Notes: generated by a model from the sequence alone, not told the origin. DNA of 64,000 nt from Leptogorgia sarmentosa (GCA_964658305.1 OZ210885.1:20398001-20462000), one strand, 5' to 3'; numbered from the stretch's first letter, positions 38,764 to 53,200 are shown. Made by a program: numbers and translations.

Positions 38764-39673
38764 TTGTTAAAGTAGCGCCAACAGGCAAAGCTGCATTCAA
38801 CATAAGAGGAAATACACTTCATTCTGCCTTTAAGATTCCAGCAAACAGAGGCTTCAATTACTGCACACTTGATAGGGACAGATTGAATACAATTAGGTGT
38901 CAGTTACAGCGAATGCAAGTTGTGTTTATTGACGAGGTATCAATGGTAGGCAGTGGGATGTTTAATTTTCTTGACTTAAGATTGCAACAAATTATGGGAA
39001 CAAAAGAACCTTTTGGCGGTCTTAGTATAATAACGGAATACAATTAGGTGTCAGTTACAGCGAATGCAAGTTGTGTTTATTGACGAGGTATCAATGGTAG
39101 GCAGTGGGATGTTTAATTTTCTTGACTTAAGATTGCAACAAATTATGGGAACAAAAGAACCTTTTGGCGGTCTTAGTATAATAACGGTTGGGGACTTGTT
39201 TCAACTCAAACCAGTTTTTGATCAATGGATATTTGAAAACTCAAAAGATGGGTATAATGCGTTAGCAACTAATCTCTGGCAACAGTATTTCCAAATGTTT
39301 GAATTATCAGAAGTAATGAGACAAAGGGAAGACAAAGACTTTGCTGAAATATTAAACCGTATCCGAGAAGGAAAACATACCGAAGCTGACATTGAAGTTT
39401 TAAAAGAAAGAATTTTGAAGCTTAGTCCACAACATCCTGATTATCCAATAAATTCAACTCACTTATTTAGTACTGATATGGCAGTTGATGAACATAATCA
39501 CGACATTTTTGACAAATCTACAAACGAGAAGGTTCAGATAAAAGCAATTGATATTGTTCTTGGAGATCTTTCTGATGAGTTAAAAGAAAGACTTAAAAAA
39601 CAAATACCAAACGACCCTTCAAAAACTATGGGCTTGTACTCAACTTGTTCTGTACTAAAGAAGCAAAGTATGA
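38764..39673 (+). repeat. Inverted duplication of Helentron helicase segment 41167-41927, with an internal 151-bp tandem duplication (38885-39186)
   Basis: Near-identical reverse complement; ORFs 38754-39047 and 39064-39705 repeat the helicase peptide. Confidence 0.95.
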
Positions 39674-42600
39674 ATCATGATCAAGTCCGGGAAACAGGAA
39701 GTTGAACAGAGAAAACTGAGACAAAATGAATGAAGTAAACTTACCTTTTTGTCACCTTGAAGTCCCTTTGGGGAAATCTTCTTTTGTCTCTCGCAAGCAG
39801 GGACATCAACCCCTCGAGAAACAGGGGAGCAGGCGGCCATATGCAATAAAATATATTTATGTTGGTCTATGTTGTGTGAAGATTATTATAACTGGCAGTC
39901 CTCATTGCAATTCATCCATAGCTTGATTTTCCTTAACTATTTCAATGGCATTAATTGTTTATATGTTACAAAATTATACATTACATAAGTGAGACAAAGA
40001 TAGGCTTATGATCGCTGAAGTATGATTCTAAAACACCACTGTTTTTCACTCTCTCAGGTATATTGGTGTAAATGTGATCAATTCGTGATTTATAATCGGT
40101 TGTCACTTGACTAATAAGTTGTACATATTTCTTTCCTTCTATTAGGTATTTACAAAGTGTATTTTTGTCGGAAGCATTTTCATTTAGATTAACATTGAAG
40201 TCTCCAAGAATTATAACAGGAGTATTTGGATCATTTAAAAAAGTAGAATGCAAGTGTTTTAAGGCATCTATGAACCTTGAGATTTTCACTTTTGATGCAG
40301 AGCGATAAATTGCTACAATATGCAAATTATTTACTGGTTGGTTAGCCTTAAGTAACGTCATTTCAAAATCATTGTAATTGCATCTTAATGGTTCTGAGAT
40401 AAGCTGGACATCATTTTTTACGTAAACAGCAGTTCCGTAAGGTGTTCTTGTACCATGTTGTGTGAAATCATTTCTGAATAATTGGAAGCCAGAAATTTTA
40501 TATAATGCATTGTCATCGTTGCTACACAGAGCAGATTCTACAAACATATTGATATCACCCGCTTTCACGTTGTAATCACTAGCAACATCAGCCAAATGAA
40601 GATGTAATGATCTCACATTCTGAAACAGTACCTTGAATGAACCATTTGTATCTTTATAAAGGAAAGGAATATGGCTGTTTAGTGTTGCTTCTTGTCTCAA
40701 TCTTGTCATTTCTTCTTGTACTTTTTTGCTAACAGCAATTTTATTTTCATTCATGTTCAGAATATGCAATCCCGAGATGCTTCTAAGTCTGCTAAGTGCA
40801 ACATAATGCATATGTTCTCGTTTACATGATGGAAGGTCAACAACTGCTTCATTCAATGTATCTCCCTGACAACGATGAATAGTTTTAGCTGCAGATGGTC
40901 TCAAAGGAAATTGTCTGCGAAGAACTTGCATTTGGTGTCTTCTGAACTGCCTTGTGACCTCTAAAATTGGGACCCAATGTTTATCTATAGTTTGCTTGTA
41001 AAGATGAGAGTAGTCTTTGCAATAATGTTTCCCAATGTGTTCTTCTTGAAATAAAACCCAAATAATACTTGGTCTTGATGAGCCTGGTACTCGGTAATCA
41101 ATTTTCTTGATAATACACTCAGCGCCATTAGTCATACCATCAACAACCGACACGTTTGTCGTAAGATCATACTTTGCTTCTTTAAGTACAGAACAAGTTG
41201 AGTACAAGCCCATAGTTTTTGGAAGGGTCGTTTGGTATTTGTTTTTTAAGTCTTTCTTTTAACTCATCAGAAAGATCTCCAAGAACAATATCAATTGCTT
41301 TTATCTGAACCTTCTCGTTTGTAGATTTGTCAAAAATGTCATGATTATGTTCATCAACTGCCATATTAGTACTAAATAAGTGAGTTGAATTTATTGGATA
41401 ATCAGGATGTTGTGGACTAAGCTTCAAAATTCTTTCTTTTAAAACTTCAATGTCAGCTTCGGTATGTTTTCCTTCTCGGATACGGTTTAATATTTCAGCA
41501 AAGTCTTTGTCTTCTCTTTGTCTCATTACTTCTGATAATTCAAACATTTGGAAATACTGTTGCCAGAGATTAGTTGCTAACGCATTATACCCATCTTTTG
41601 AGTTTTCAAATATCCATTGATCAAAAACTGGTTTGAGTTGAAACAAGTCCCCAACCGTTATTATACTAAGACCGCCAAAAGGTTCTTTTGTTCCCATAAT
41701 TTGTTGCAATCTTAAGTCAAGAAAATTAAACATCCCACTGCCTACCATTGATACCTCGTCAATAAACACAACTTGCATTCGCTGTAACTGACACCTAATT
41801 GTATTCAATCTGTCCCTATCAAGTGTGCAGTAATTGAAGCCTCTGTTTGCTGGAATCTTAAAGGCAGAATGAAGTGTATTTCCTCTTATGTTGAATGCAG
41901 CTTTGCCTGTTGGCGCTACTTTAACAACACTAACATCATCGGGATTATTTTCTGGCTGAGCATTCAAGTATCTGATAAGAGCTTCATATAAAGCATTTGT
42001 GACAGTACTTTTGCCTACACCTGCACCTCCGCTTAAAAACAGTCTTAATGGCAGCTTATCAGTCTTAACAGAGTTCAGTACATGGTAGAAAAACTCTTTT
42101 TGTTCGATATTGAGTGATTGCACAAGTTTTCTAAAATCAGTATCTTTCAATCTTTTCACTAGAAGTTCTTCGTCATCATTTGTTCTTGGATATATACCAA
42201 TATCATTGATCAAGTCATATTCAGCATGTTGTTTATCTTTACCTGGATCAAAGCATCCAAATAATTCACTAGCTTTTGAGCCAATTTCTTTATCCTGTTC
42301 ATCTCGATACTGTGCATTGGGAGCAACTACAGCACTAGATTCCTCACTTTCTATATCTTGTACTGCCTGATCAAGAGCTTCGGTATGATACTCATATTGT
42401 TGTCTGTTTTGCTCTATCACATCTTTGAGAACTTCAAACCGATCTTGGTAGGTCTGGGAGTCTTTTAGAAGATCTGTCGTTTCATTTCTCCAAGCAGTGT
42501 AAAGCATTATTTGTTCTCTGCAGAAATTTTCTGGATCTTTGTTTCTATTGAATCTAACTGATCGTATTATCCTGGGTTTTTGTCTCTTTATAAGTGTTAT

Positions 42601-44446
42601 TCCTCCTTTCATTTGATATTCATCCTTATCAGTTGTTTGCTCCAAATCCGAAAGATCATCATCTAAATTATCATCTACATTATTTTCTGCAAGATATACA
42701 TTTGTTGAAGGTGAGTTTTGTTTAGCTTTCATCTGCTCATTACGCTCAATTTTGCAGTTATACCATGCAACAAAATCTGCTAGGCATACATTTTCCAGTT
42801 GCTTTGGTCGTCGCTGATATCTTTTAATTATGTTGTCTGACTCAATATCACACAAATTGTCGGGAAGTTCTTTAATCTTATCCATGCTTTTTAATAAGAA
42901 TGTTCTTTCATCTGGATCGGATGTGTTGAAAAATTGGAATTCTCGAGAGGATCTTCTCAAAGGCATCTGGAGAACTAAGTAAACAGCTTCTTGTGCACTT
43001 ATCTCAACAGCATTTAGAAACTTGTTACCAATATGTCTCACCTTGTTAACAATATTCTTATTGCCTTCTTTTGCTTCTTCACATGCTTTACGAAGTAACT
43101 TACTCATCCCTCTCTGACCTTTAGTAATATATGTAAGGATATAAACAGCACAAGCATAAGGATCTAGTACAAACTGAATATCCATTTTAGCTTGCCAAGC
43201 TTTGAGCAAGTTTGGATTGTAGCAGTTTATTCTAATTTCAGATGGCGATCGTTTTAATAACAGCGTACTGTGTTTGAGAGAAAGCCTTATGGCTTTTATA
43301 TACTGCTGTTCTGATAAACCTAGCTTTTGAAGAAACTCAACAAAAGTCATGGTTTCATCTGCTTTGATAGAGTTTAATAACTCACGTATTCGTTCTAAAG
43401 CTTTCTTCAATATAGCCGCGACATTTTCATCAAGATCAATCACAGATAAAGGCTCTAAAATCATAATTCTTGGCATTGGTGGTAACGGAAAGTTAAATCT
43501 GCAAACGGCCTGACCTCTCTTCTTACACGTTTTAGAGTGCTTATGCCTTTGTAAATTTACGAGATCAGTTAAATCATCAGCGTCAGCTTTGCATGAAACA
43601 TAACTATCGACAAACTCAGCAATATCTTCATCGGTATCTTTACCATACTCAGGAGCATTTTTTATCCAGAATAAGCCGTGGATATGTGGAGAACCTCTTT
43701 GCTGGAATTCGACGCGATAAAAAAAGTCAACAACTTCTGCAATTGGATGACTTGGGCTTTTAATAATGTCGTGAATGAATAACTGTACCATATGCTCAAA
43801 ATTTCGTGCACATGTGACTGGATCTTTCTGTATCAGTTCAGATTTTTTCTGCCATGTCATTTGTTTAATTTCGTCATCACTATAATCTTTATTGTCTATA
43901 AGACGACCGAGAATTTTAATCAAATGAATCCACCGTGTTTCAGCTGCTAAAAATGAACAAAACCACGTAGGTTTACCAAGCTGACGAATCATGGCAAATA
44001 GATCTTTTTTACACCTTTCAAAATATGGAGGTGATCCACGTAAATTTCTTAAAACTCTGAATCCTTCATCCAAATTTATTAACTTGTTGACACAACTTTC
44101 TGACTTTAAATCTCCAGCAGTGTATGTTTTACCTTTAGTTTTACATTTACGTAATGATAAACTTGCACTTCCTTGAATTTGTCTGATCTGTAATTTCTTA
44201 AGTTTGTAAAAAATGTTTGGCACAGACTGCGCGACTCTTCTATCTTTGCTTCGTAATTCCCATTTACACATTGTGCTATAATGAACAGGCACAAGTCTTT
44301 CACTGTTGTCAGCTTGACGTTTTCCACAATAAATAGTGGGAAATGAAAGAAATTCAGAATCTTTGTCTGTAAATATGCCAAGTGGTCTATTACCTTCTCC
44401 TGGTGCAAAGCTTATTATTCTATCACCATCTTGAGTAATGTCTGGT

Positions 44447-47400
44447 TGTGAACGAACAAAGTAATATAACATTAAGTTTCAAATAATAATAATAATGACC
44501 GCTGGACAAAGAAACGGTACGAACAGTAAAACGAAGGCGAAAGGTTCATATTTTCTGTATGTTTGAAAATTGAGATATTAAATAATACAATCCTTTGCAA
44601 TCGAGTCATCAAGAGGTTAATTACACAGAGAACCAGCATAAATTGAGTCAGTTAAGTGGTTTGTACGCCACATGTTGGTCCTTCGAGCCGGATAAAGTAA
44701 TTCAAACGGAGTAAATTCAAATTGTCGACGATGAGTAAAACACAGGATATCGAGGTATCTCCAGACGATTTTTCACCTATTAAAACAAGATCAAGTCGAG
44801 TAAAAGAGACGGAAAAGGTTAGCGAGGACGCTACAACTACGGACGAGAGAAACGAGGAGGAACGACAAAAAAGTAGCGAGGAAATTGACAATGCGCAAGT
44901 AGCAAATTCTGAGGTTCGGAGTGTGGCAAAATCAAAAGGATCGAGAAAAAGCAAGTCACATGGCTCTACAACGAGCTCAAAGAAAAAACTTATAGAGAAG
45001 AAAAAAGCCGCTAGACTGGCACAGATCAAATTGGAAGCAATCAAACGGGAAGCAGAATTCCGAGCAAGAGAACTACAACTCGAAAACGAATGGAGAATAC
45101 AAGAACAGCAACTAGAAGTAGACATAGCCAAGTTAGAGGCGGAACAATCACTAACAGGGTCTGATGACAATTCTTTGCGAGAATCAAGCGAGAAGGAAAA
45201 GGAGTCACAACCTACATCAATATTAGAAAGTCTGCCGAAAGAGAAAGGAGAAGACAGAGTCCAACGTTTGTTAAGTGATGTTGCAGAGGTGAGAAGTCCC
45301 GAGGGTGACGCGAAGCAAGGACAAACTACCGAGAATGAGAAATCCATACACAGAACATCGCAAGAGAAAGGTGAGCCAAACTACCTCTTTCGACTGGGAA
45401 CTGAGATAGCAAAACAGTCAAAACCTCATATTAAAATCTTTAGTGGAGCTGTGGATAAATTTGTGGCTTTTAAAGCAACATTTGATCGTATAAGAAAACG
45501 AGGCATTTATGATGAAAATGAAATGCTAGATCTTCTAATTGAACATGTCCGAGGCGATGCAGAAAATGCTTTGAAGGGAATTTTACCCGGTTCCGGACAG
45601 TTCAATAGAGCCATGAAAATTCTTGAAGAGAGGTTTGGAAATGTGAGAACAATTACTAATGCGAATCTTAAAGCCTTACGATCGCATCCTCAAGTGCAGG
45701 GACACAACCCAAGCCAATTACGCTCATTGTCTGATGTAATTTCAAACATGATTGAGTCGTTTCGATCGCTGAAGTTGAATCACGAGTTAAAGTCTAGTTT
45801 TATCGTCCAGGAAGCAGTAGCCAAGTTGCCAACATTTTTGTTTTATAAGTGGCATGAGTGGTCTAGTGATCATCCTGAGAGAGTTAATTTGGAAGAGTTC
45901 TATACTTGGTTAGAATCAAGAGCTAGGCATATGGAGAATGCACAACTTTGTTCCACGATTAGTCAAACTTCAACTGATAGACGGGGCCCAAGACATAAAG
46001 TCTTTGCGGGTAGAACAAGCTATACTAGAGAAGAAACTAGCATTAGCTGCCCAGTTCATAATTCACGTAACCATACACTCGATTGTTGTAAAGCATTTCA
46101 GCAGATGTCACCTCAAGAAGGAAAACGTTATCCGCAAGTTTAAACTGTGTTTTGGGTGCCTTAAGAGTAATCATTTAGCAAGAAGCTGCAATCGGAAAAT
46201 GAAGTGTGGTACAGATGGGTGCACAGATAACCACCATAAGTTGTTACACGACATTCAATCCTTACGAAGCAAACCATCCCCAGCTCATAAACGAGAAGGT
46301 GTCAGTCCCATAGCACCGAGTTTCACACCAAGAGACAATTCCAGTCAAATGAATACACCAAAAGCGCTAAGCACAGCGGAAGCAGACTTGGGACAAGAAA
46401 CACGTCGAACAGCTTGCTATGGATACCAGCCGAAGAGAGCCTTGTTACAAGTGTTGCCTGTGATTGTGCATGGTAAAGATGGAAAACAAAGTCAAGTTTT
46501 AGCAATGTTGGATTCCGGGTGTGACTGTACATTAATGTCGGAAAATAAGGCCCACGAGCTGGGACTTGTGCAAGATCATGGAAATTCACAGAAAGTTACT
46601 ATTACTGGAGTCAATGGGGCTAACACGGTAGAGTCCATTACCATCTCCCAACCAGTCTATTTGTCGTCGGTAAAAGATCCTTATCGAAAGTTCGCCTTGT
46701 ATGATGTGCAAACCATTTTAGCCTTGCCAGGCCCCTCCTATCATGTGAAGTGGTCCGACGTTAAACCAGATCTGAATTATCTTTGTGATGTTGATCTACC
46801 CGATGTTAATGGGGAAGAGATTTCCATACTGATCGGTTCGAACAACGGCAGGCTCCTCATTCCCTCGGAGATTGTTCAACCAGCACCCGGACCCGGAACT
46901 GCTCGGCTGCTAATTGCATTGTGTACACCTCTCGGATGGGTTGCTGTTAATTGTTTACCCGGTACAACCAAATCCCACCAGTTTTCCGCGTTCAGAGCAA
47001 GAGTAGAAACTGACGAGAACAGGAAACTTATGGACGTAATTGAGTCTAGTACGAGTATTGATATTTTGGGCATCAAAGATAACCGTGCGGTCACACAATC
47101 TAAAGATGATGCGCGAGCCTTTCGAATGATGAAAGCAACAACACACAAATTGCCAAATAGAGACGCATACGTTTCTCCATTGTTATGGAAGTCAAACGAG
47201 CCCAAACTCCCTGACAACAAAGAAGGTGCCATGAGAAGATTATTTTCCCTGGAGAAGAAATTAGAGAAGGATCCAGCACTGAGGAAGAGATATCAACAGT
47301 CAATTGAAATGGATATTCAAAAGGGTTACATACGAAAACTTTCACCAGAAGAGGCAAAATCTCCGAGCCCTGTGTCCTGGTATTTACCCCATCATCCCGT

Positions 47401-50246
47401 TGTCAACCCACGCAAACCAGAACGTCTGCGCCGAGTATATGACGCGTCTGCAGTATTTAATGGATCGTCCCTCAACAGCGTTTTGTACAAAGGACCAGAT
47501 TTACTCCCATCACTACTTGGTGTATTGCTTCGATTTTGCGAAAAACCTATCGCTGTCGCTGCCGATATTCAAGAAATGTATCACCAAATCGCAGTTCCTG
47601 AACGTGATAAAGCTGCATTACGATTTCTCTGGCGGATGAAACCATCTGCAGACGTGGAAGTGTATCAGTTCGAGTGCATGCTATTCGGAGAAATTGGAGC
47701 CCCTGCACGAGCCAATTATGTCATCCGTCTCGCAGCCAAAGACCATCAACATTTGTATACGCTGGTGAGCTCTATCGTGGACAAATGGTTCTACATGGAT
47801 GACGCTATGGGTTCAGTTAATTCGGTATCAGAAGGAGTTCGAGTGGTTCAACAGCTGACGGGACTGATGGCCAAGGCAGGATTCCGCCTGCACAAATGGC
47901 TATCAAATTCGAAAGAAGTGCTACGCTCAGTTCCAGAATCCGAGCGATCGGCGAAAGTGCATAACCTTTCAGGGGATCAACTTCCTGTCGAAAGAACCTT
48001 GGGAACATACTGGGATGCAGAAGCAGATGCGTTTAGCTACAAGGTGGAAATGTCGGCACCTGGGAATACTCACAGAAAAATACTAAGCCAAGTATTCGCC
48101 GTCTGGGATCCTCGTGGTTTGATCATCCCATTCATTATCCGAGCGAAGGTGTTTCTGCAGAAGTTATGGATTGATAATTCACAGCAGAAAAAGGAAAGAA
48201 AGGTTGATTGGGACGCTCCCATTCCCGTGGAGAAGCTCATCGAATGGTATCGATGGTACGAAGAAGCAAAACAGTTATCCCATATTGTGATTCCCCGACC
48301 TTTTCGCACACGACAGGATTGTCCAACATCTATCTCACTTATGGTATTTTCAGACGCGAGCGAGAAGGCTTACGGAACATGTGCTTATTTAGTGCACTGT
48401 TATGAGGACGGTACGATTGAATGTAAGCTGATAGCGGCCAAAGCCAGAGTGGCACCATTAAAACGCCTCTCAATTCCACGCCTAGAGCTGATGGGTGCTG
48501 TGGTTGCAGTTCGTTTGGCGGAGACATTGATAAACGAACTAGAGACACACATACATCGCGTTATACTCTGGTCAGACTCAGCTATAGTGTTACAATGGCT
48601 TCAGAAATCAAGTAATTGCTTCCATACGTTCGTAGGAAATAGAGTCGCTGAAATAGACGACACACTAGCTCGTTTGAAAGAAATGTTTGGTGAAGGAAAC
48701 GCATATTTCCGCTATATTCCTTCCGCACTGAACCCAGCCGATGATGCAACGAGAGGCCTTCAACTGTGTAAGCTTGGACCCACGAGTAGATGGCAAAGTG
48801 GTCCAGATTTCTTGCATGAAGGAGAGGAAAAATGGCCAGAGCGGAGATTCGAGCGAGTGGCAGAACCGCAAGAAGAATGCAAGCAAGTGAGATGGGTTGG
48901 TGTGCTCCAAGACGAAACGAAGCCCGGAGACGTGTTCGAGATAAGGAACTATTCGTCTCTCAGCAAGCTCAGACGCGTGGCTGCCTACGTTTGTCGGTCC
49001 GTTCACAACACTGTGTTACATGCAAGAAATTGAGAGCAAAGCCCCTTACGCCCAAGATGGCTGACTTACCAGCATGCCGTGTAGAACCCGGGAAGTTCTT
49101 TGATCAAGTCGGGGTTGATTACTTCGGTCCCATATTGGTCAAACAACGAAGGTCGACAGTGAAAAGGTATGGGTGCATATTCACGTGTTTGAAGATTTGT
49201 GCAGTCCACATCGAATTGGCTGAGAACATGGAGACGGACAGTTTTATTTTATGCCTTCGAAACTTCATCGGACGACGAGGTCAGCCATCAGATATTTATT
49301 CCGACAATGGAACCAACTTCGTGGGCGCGGAGCGAGAGTTGCGCGAGAGTTTCAAGCGACTGGATCAAGAGAAAATCGAGAACTTTCTGACAAAGGGGAT
49401 GACTCAATGGCACTTTAATCCACCATACGCGCCCCACATGGGTGGAGTATGGGAACGCATGGTGCAGTCCACAAAGAGAGCTTTATATGCCATCCTACAT
49501 GGAAGAACTGTCACCCAAGAAGTTTTAAGGACAAGTCTAATCGAAGTGGAATCCCTTATCAACTCACGACCGATTGGTTATATTTCTACGGATATTAAAG
49601 ACCTGGAGCCATTAAGCCCAGCACACTTTCTATTGGTGCGGCCTAACTACAACGTCAACTTTGATGTTATTCATCCAAAAGAAATTAACTCGAGAGAACA
49701 GTGGAGACAGGTCCAGGCTGTCGTGAACACCTTTTGGAAGCGGTGGATGAAGGAGTATGTGCCAGGACTCACGCGAAGAAAGAAATGGCAAACGGACCAA
49801 GAAAATTTACAGATTGGGGACGTTGTTTTGGTGATTGAGTCCAATCAACCCCGTGGACAATGGCTGTTGGGAAAAGTGCAGGCGTTACATACGGCACAGG
49901 ATGGAATAGTGCGGTCAGTAGAGGTCAAGACGAAGCATGGCATTTGTAAACGCCCCGCTACCAAGATATGTATATTGGAAAAATCAGGGGACCAGTAGTT
50001 TCGACAAAGCTGTCGAAAGGCGGGGAGCCTGTGAACGAACAAAGTAATATAACATTAAGTTTCAAATAATAATAATAATGACCGCTGGACAAAGAAACGG
50101 TACGAACAGTAAAACGAAGGCGAAAGGTTCATATTTTCTGTATGTTTGAAAATTGAGATATTAAATAATACAATCCTTTGCAATCGAGTCATCAAGAGGT
50201 TAATTACCAGCATAAATTGAGTCAGTTAAGTGGTTTGTACGCCACA
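44447..50246 (+). mobile_element. BEL/Pao LTR retrotransposon C, two LTRs, young
   Basis: LTRs at 44447-44672 and 50030-50246 (TG..CA), identical except for a 9-bp indel. 5-bp TSD CTGGT at 44442-44446 and 50247-50251. PPT at 50015-50029. Gag 44722-46143, PR-RT-RH 45938-49033, IN to 49998. Confidence 0.97.
44676..44693 (+). promoter_or_regulatory. Primer-binding site complementary to the tRNA-Tyr 3' end
   Basis: TGGTCCTTCGAGCCGGAT, 3 nt after the 5' LTR. Confidence 0.85.
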
Positions 50247-53200
50247 CTGGTTCTTGCAATAATGTATCCATAACACCTGATGAACGTTCAGTTGTTTCAC
50301 ACCACTCATCGTCTGTATCATTGTCAATCAGGTCATTACTTGTATTTGTGTCAACTTCTTTCTGACTTTGTGCGTTCAAATTTTCTACAAAGTTTCTGAA
50401 GTGTTCTTTCCATCATTGGAAATAAATTCTGCCCACTCGTTTTCATTATTATCGACTTGATTTGGTACGTAACTATCCATTACTTGTATTCCTTCGTTTT
50501 TGAATATTTCACTGCTACGAACTGAAAAAATTTAGCTGCTTCCAAAACTTTACTAGGTCTAACATTCTGAAATTGATAATGGTGTTTGTAACCAAGGCGT
50601 CGTTTTAATTTAATTGGAATTGTTTGTGATTCATTAATTGGTCTTGGTAATACGCTTACAGTAGAATTAACATCAGCAGGCACATTAACTACATTTCCAT
50701 GAATACTTAATTGGCCTCCTTTAGGCAGTTCTCGCACTTGCATAAAAGGTATTCTTGGCGAAATTAGCCTTTCTTCAAGAGGTGTTAAATCCTTTAAGAC
50801 ATCAGGCTTCTCTGGGAAACTCATTTTATTTGCCTTAGCACAAGTAGGAAGCTTGCCAGCTTTTAGGTTCGAGTGGCATGTATTACATATCCATTCAGTA
50901 TTGTCAATACTTTTGAGACCAGTAAGGGATAAATTGAGAATTTCTCTTGAACACGACTTATATAAAGAAGCATTACATTGAGTGACAGATGACCTATACC
51001 ACAGCTGGTCACAACAAGTACAAATGTATTCTGGTCCAACACTAATGTTCTTATGAAACAATTCAATGGCTTTCGGTATACTTGTTGACAACCTCGTATC
51101 ATCAGAAGTTCCATGTAAAGTTGCAATTAAATTATCTTGAGAGTTACTTATTAATCTCTTCTGTTTACTCTTATTTTCATTCTCTGTACAAGCTAGTTTT
51201 CTTTTATTATACTTTCTTTTATGAATATTTTGAACTCTTTCTGGATAGTTTTGATTATAAATTCTGCTTGAGTTTTTAAATGATTCCACAACCTTTTCCG
51301 GATTTAAATTTCTGTATGACGCAGTAGCTCGCCTGCTAGATTTTTTAACTTTTTCAGGATTAATATGCATGTATGTTGCCTTGGCTCTCTTAACCTTCTC
51401 AGGATTTGATTTTCTGTTCGTTGTACTAGCTAGCTTTCTAGATTCTTTAACTTTTATAGGATTATTATGCATATATGTTGCAGTGCTCGTTTTAGAGGAT
51501 TCTTTAACTTTCTCAGGATTTGACTTTCTGTATATTGCAGAGGCTTTTTGCCAAGATTCCTTAATTTTTTCAGGGTTTGAATTTTTATAGTTTTTATTAT
51601 AAGTCTTTTTTCTTTCAAGTTCTTTCTTTTTGAATTTATTATGTTTTCGTCTCTCTTTCATATATTCTCTGATATATTTTTAGTGCAAAGTTTAACTTTG
51701 CAGTATTGTGATGAGGGGCGAAAATTCACATCAGCGATTCAGCGATTCAGCTATTCAGCGATTCATTCATAGTGTAAACTCCGGGGGGAGCGTCCCAAAT
51801 TCTCCTGATATGCAAAACTCCGTAGTTGACTGATATCCTTGGAATGTTTGAACAAAAATGATTCGATTGCAGTTATATATCATTGGTCATCATTATTTGC
51901 AGTTGTTCTCATCAATACGAAAGTTTGTTAGATGAGAAATGTGATCAAAGAAGCGCACAATACAGTACACAACACCATGACTGATGTAAATTTTCGCCAC
52001 TCATCACAATACTGCAAAGTTAAAATCACCTAATTTTCCAACAAAAGAAGAGTTAGACCAATGTCTTGAAGAACACAGATCTCACAATCTGATTTTGCTG
52101 ACAAAATTAAAGGAATGGATAAAGAAGAAGGAGGAACAAGATGCCGTGTTTCGGTACCATTCTCAGTGCATCAATCATTTGATACCCATAACAAGATGGT
52201 ACAAAGAATCTGTTAGGTGAGTTTAACAGTCTGTTGCTCTAATTTATCTGCTTTTAAAGTGGTCAGCAATGAAAGGTGTACATGTGTAAGTATATGTTTC
52301 AGCATGGAGGAACTAAGTTGATTTTGACAAATTAGAAATTGTCAAATAGTTTCAATTAATTGCTAGTCTTACAAAATATTAAATTACTTATTGACATAAA
52401 TTTGTATTTTTATTTAATTAATAAAGGCATGGAAATGGCAAGGCAATTGAGGCTGTGTGGATGATATGCCCTGCTCTGTTCTCCCAAATGAACAAAACAA
52501 ATTATAGGGATGAAGCATTTACACACACAGTCAATGCAATTGCGAAGTGGCCACTTGCATACCGTCTTATGTACCAGCAGAACAGGACAGTGAGTTTAGA
52601 TGGTACACAAGGAAAGCAATTGGCTGGGGATGAATGGGTAGAGGATTACCTTGTTCGCCCTGTTAAGCAGTTTGCTTCTGCACAGAGCTCATTTTCAGTG
52701 GTGGAGTTGATGTCTTGCAGTGTGCATTTGTTGGAACGAAATTGGCAAATGTACAAACATAGGGGATCATTTGACATCCACAATACGAAGAAACACAAAA
52801 AGCCACCATCTCTGTATGATCAATTGAAGGTTGCCCAATTTGTTATCAGACAAGAATGGTTTGAGTCACTACAAAGAACCATTGTCCCAAAATATGCTTG
52901 GGCTGACAAAAAAGTCAAGGAAGGAGAGAAAGTTCCAGACAAGTATGTCAATGTTTTAGACAAGGGAGAAGCTAAAGCTAGTAGTGAATTCACAGCATTT
53001 CTCCACAGGAAGTATCCCAATGAAATGCTGCAGTGATTGTAATATGTTTGTTATGAAGGGGTCCTACATGTAATGTTACTTTATGTATCGTGAAACACTT
53101 AACCTTAGAGCCATGAGATCATGTGCTTTTGGACCAAGAACAAGTTGAAGATATGAACTTTTGCCCTTTTTTTTGACAAACTTCTGCTAAAATGCCAATG

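Larger units (their letters stand above)
39981..51661 (-). pseudogene. Helentron RepHel-APE protein, interrupted by BEL C and frameshifts
   Basis: DUF6570-like N-terminus at 50480-51661. HUH Rep (EFQQRGSPHIH, YILTYITK) and Pif1 motifs (GGAGVGKS, IDEVSM, GDLFQL) at 41182-44441. KTIHRCQG, YVALSR and APE motifs (QNVRSL, GDFN, SDHKP) at 39981-41213. Confidence 0.92.
37825..52021 (-). mobile_element. Helentron (Rep-Pif1 helicase-AP endonuclease), internally rearranged
   Basis: Inserted into an A-run (T-run on its own strand): TTTGAA|..|AAATCACCT restores transposase SFEKSPNFP. It encodes a Rep-Hel-APE protein and carries the subterminal motif TAGTGCAAAGTTT at 37840 and 51681. Confidence 0.85.
30357..53036 (+). 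pseudogene. Academ transposase with ankyrin repeats, element 2; split by a LINE and a Helentron
   Basis: Pieces at 30357-30675, 31273-31902, 32549-33053 (ANK + NVGDQKN), ~37585-37824 (PGGGDFHCRGY..KVLKRP), 52023-52217 and 52427-53036 (KWPLAYR..SLDG..GDEWVE). All are colinear with the element-1 transposase; the D1 region appears deleted. Confidence 0.85.

Noticed and set aside
44652..45347. Long antisense ORFs (also 4088-4555, 19808-20338, 34509-35150, 60302-60928)
   Set aside because: Shadow frames opposite real TE ORFs, with no motifs of their own.
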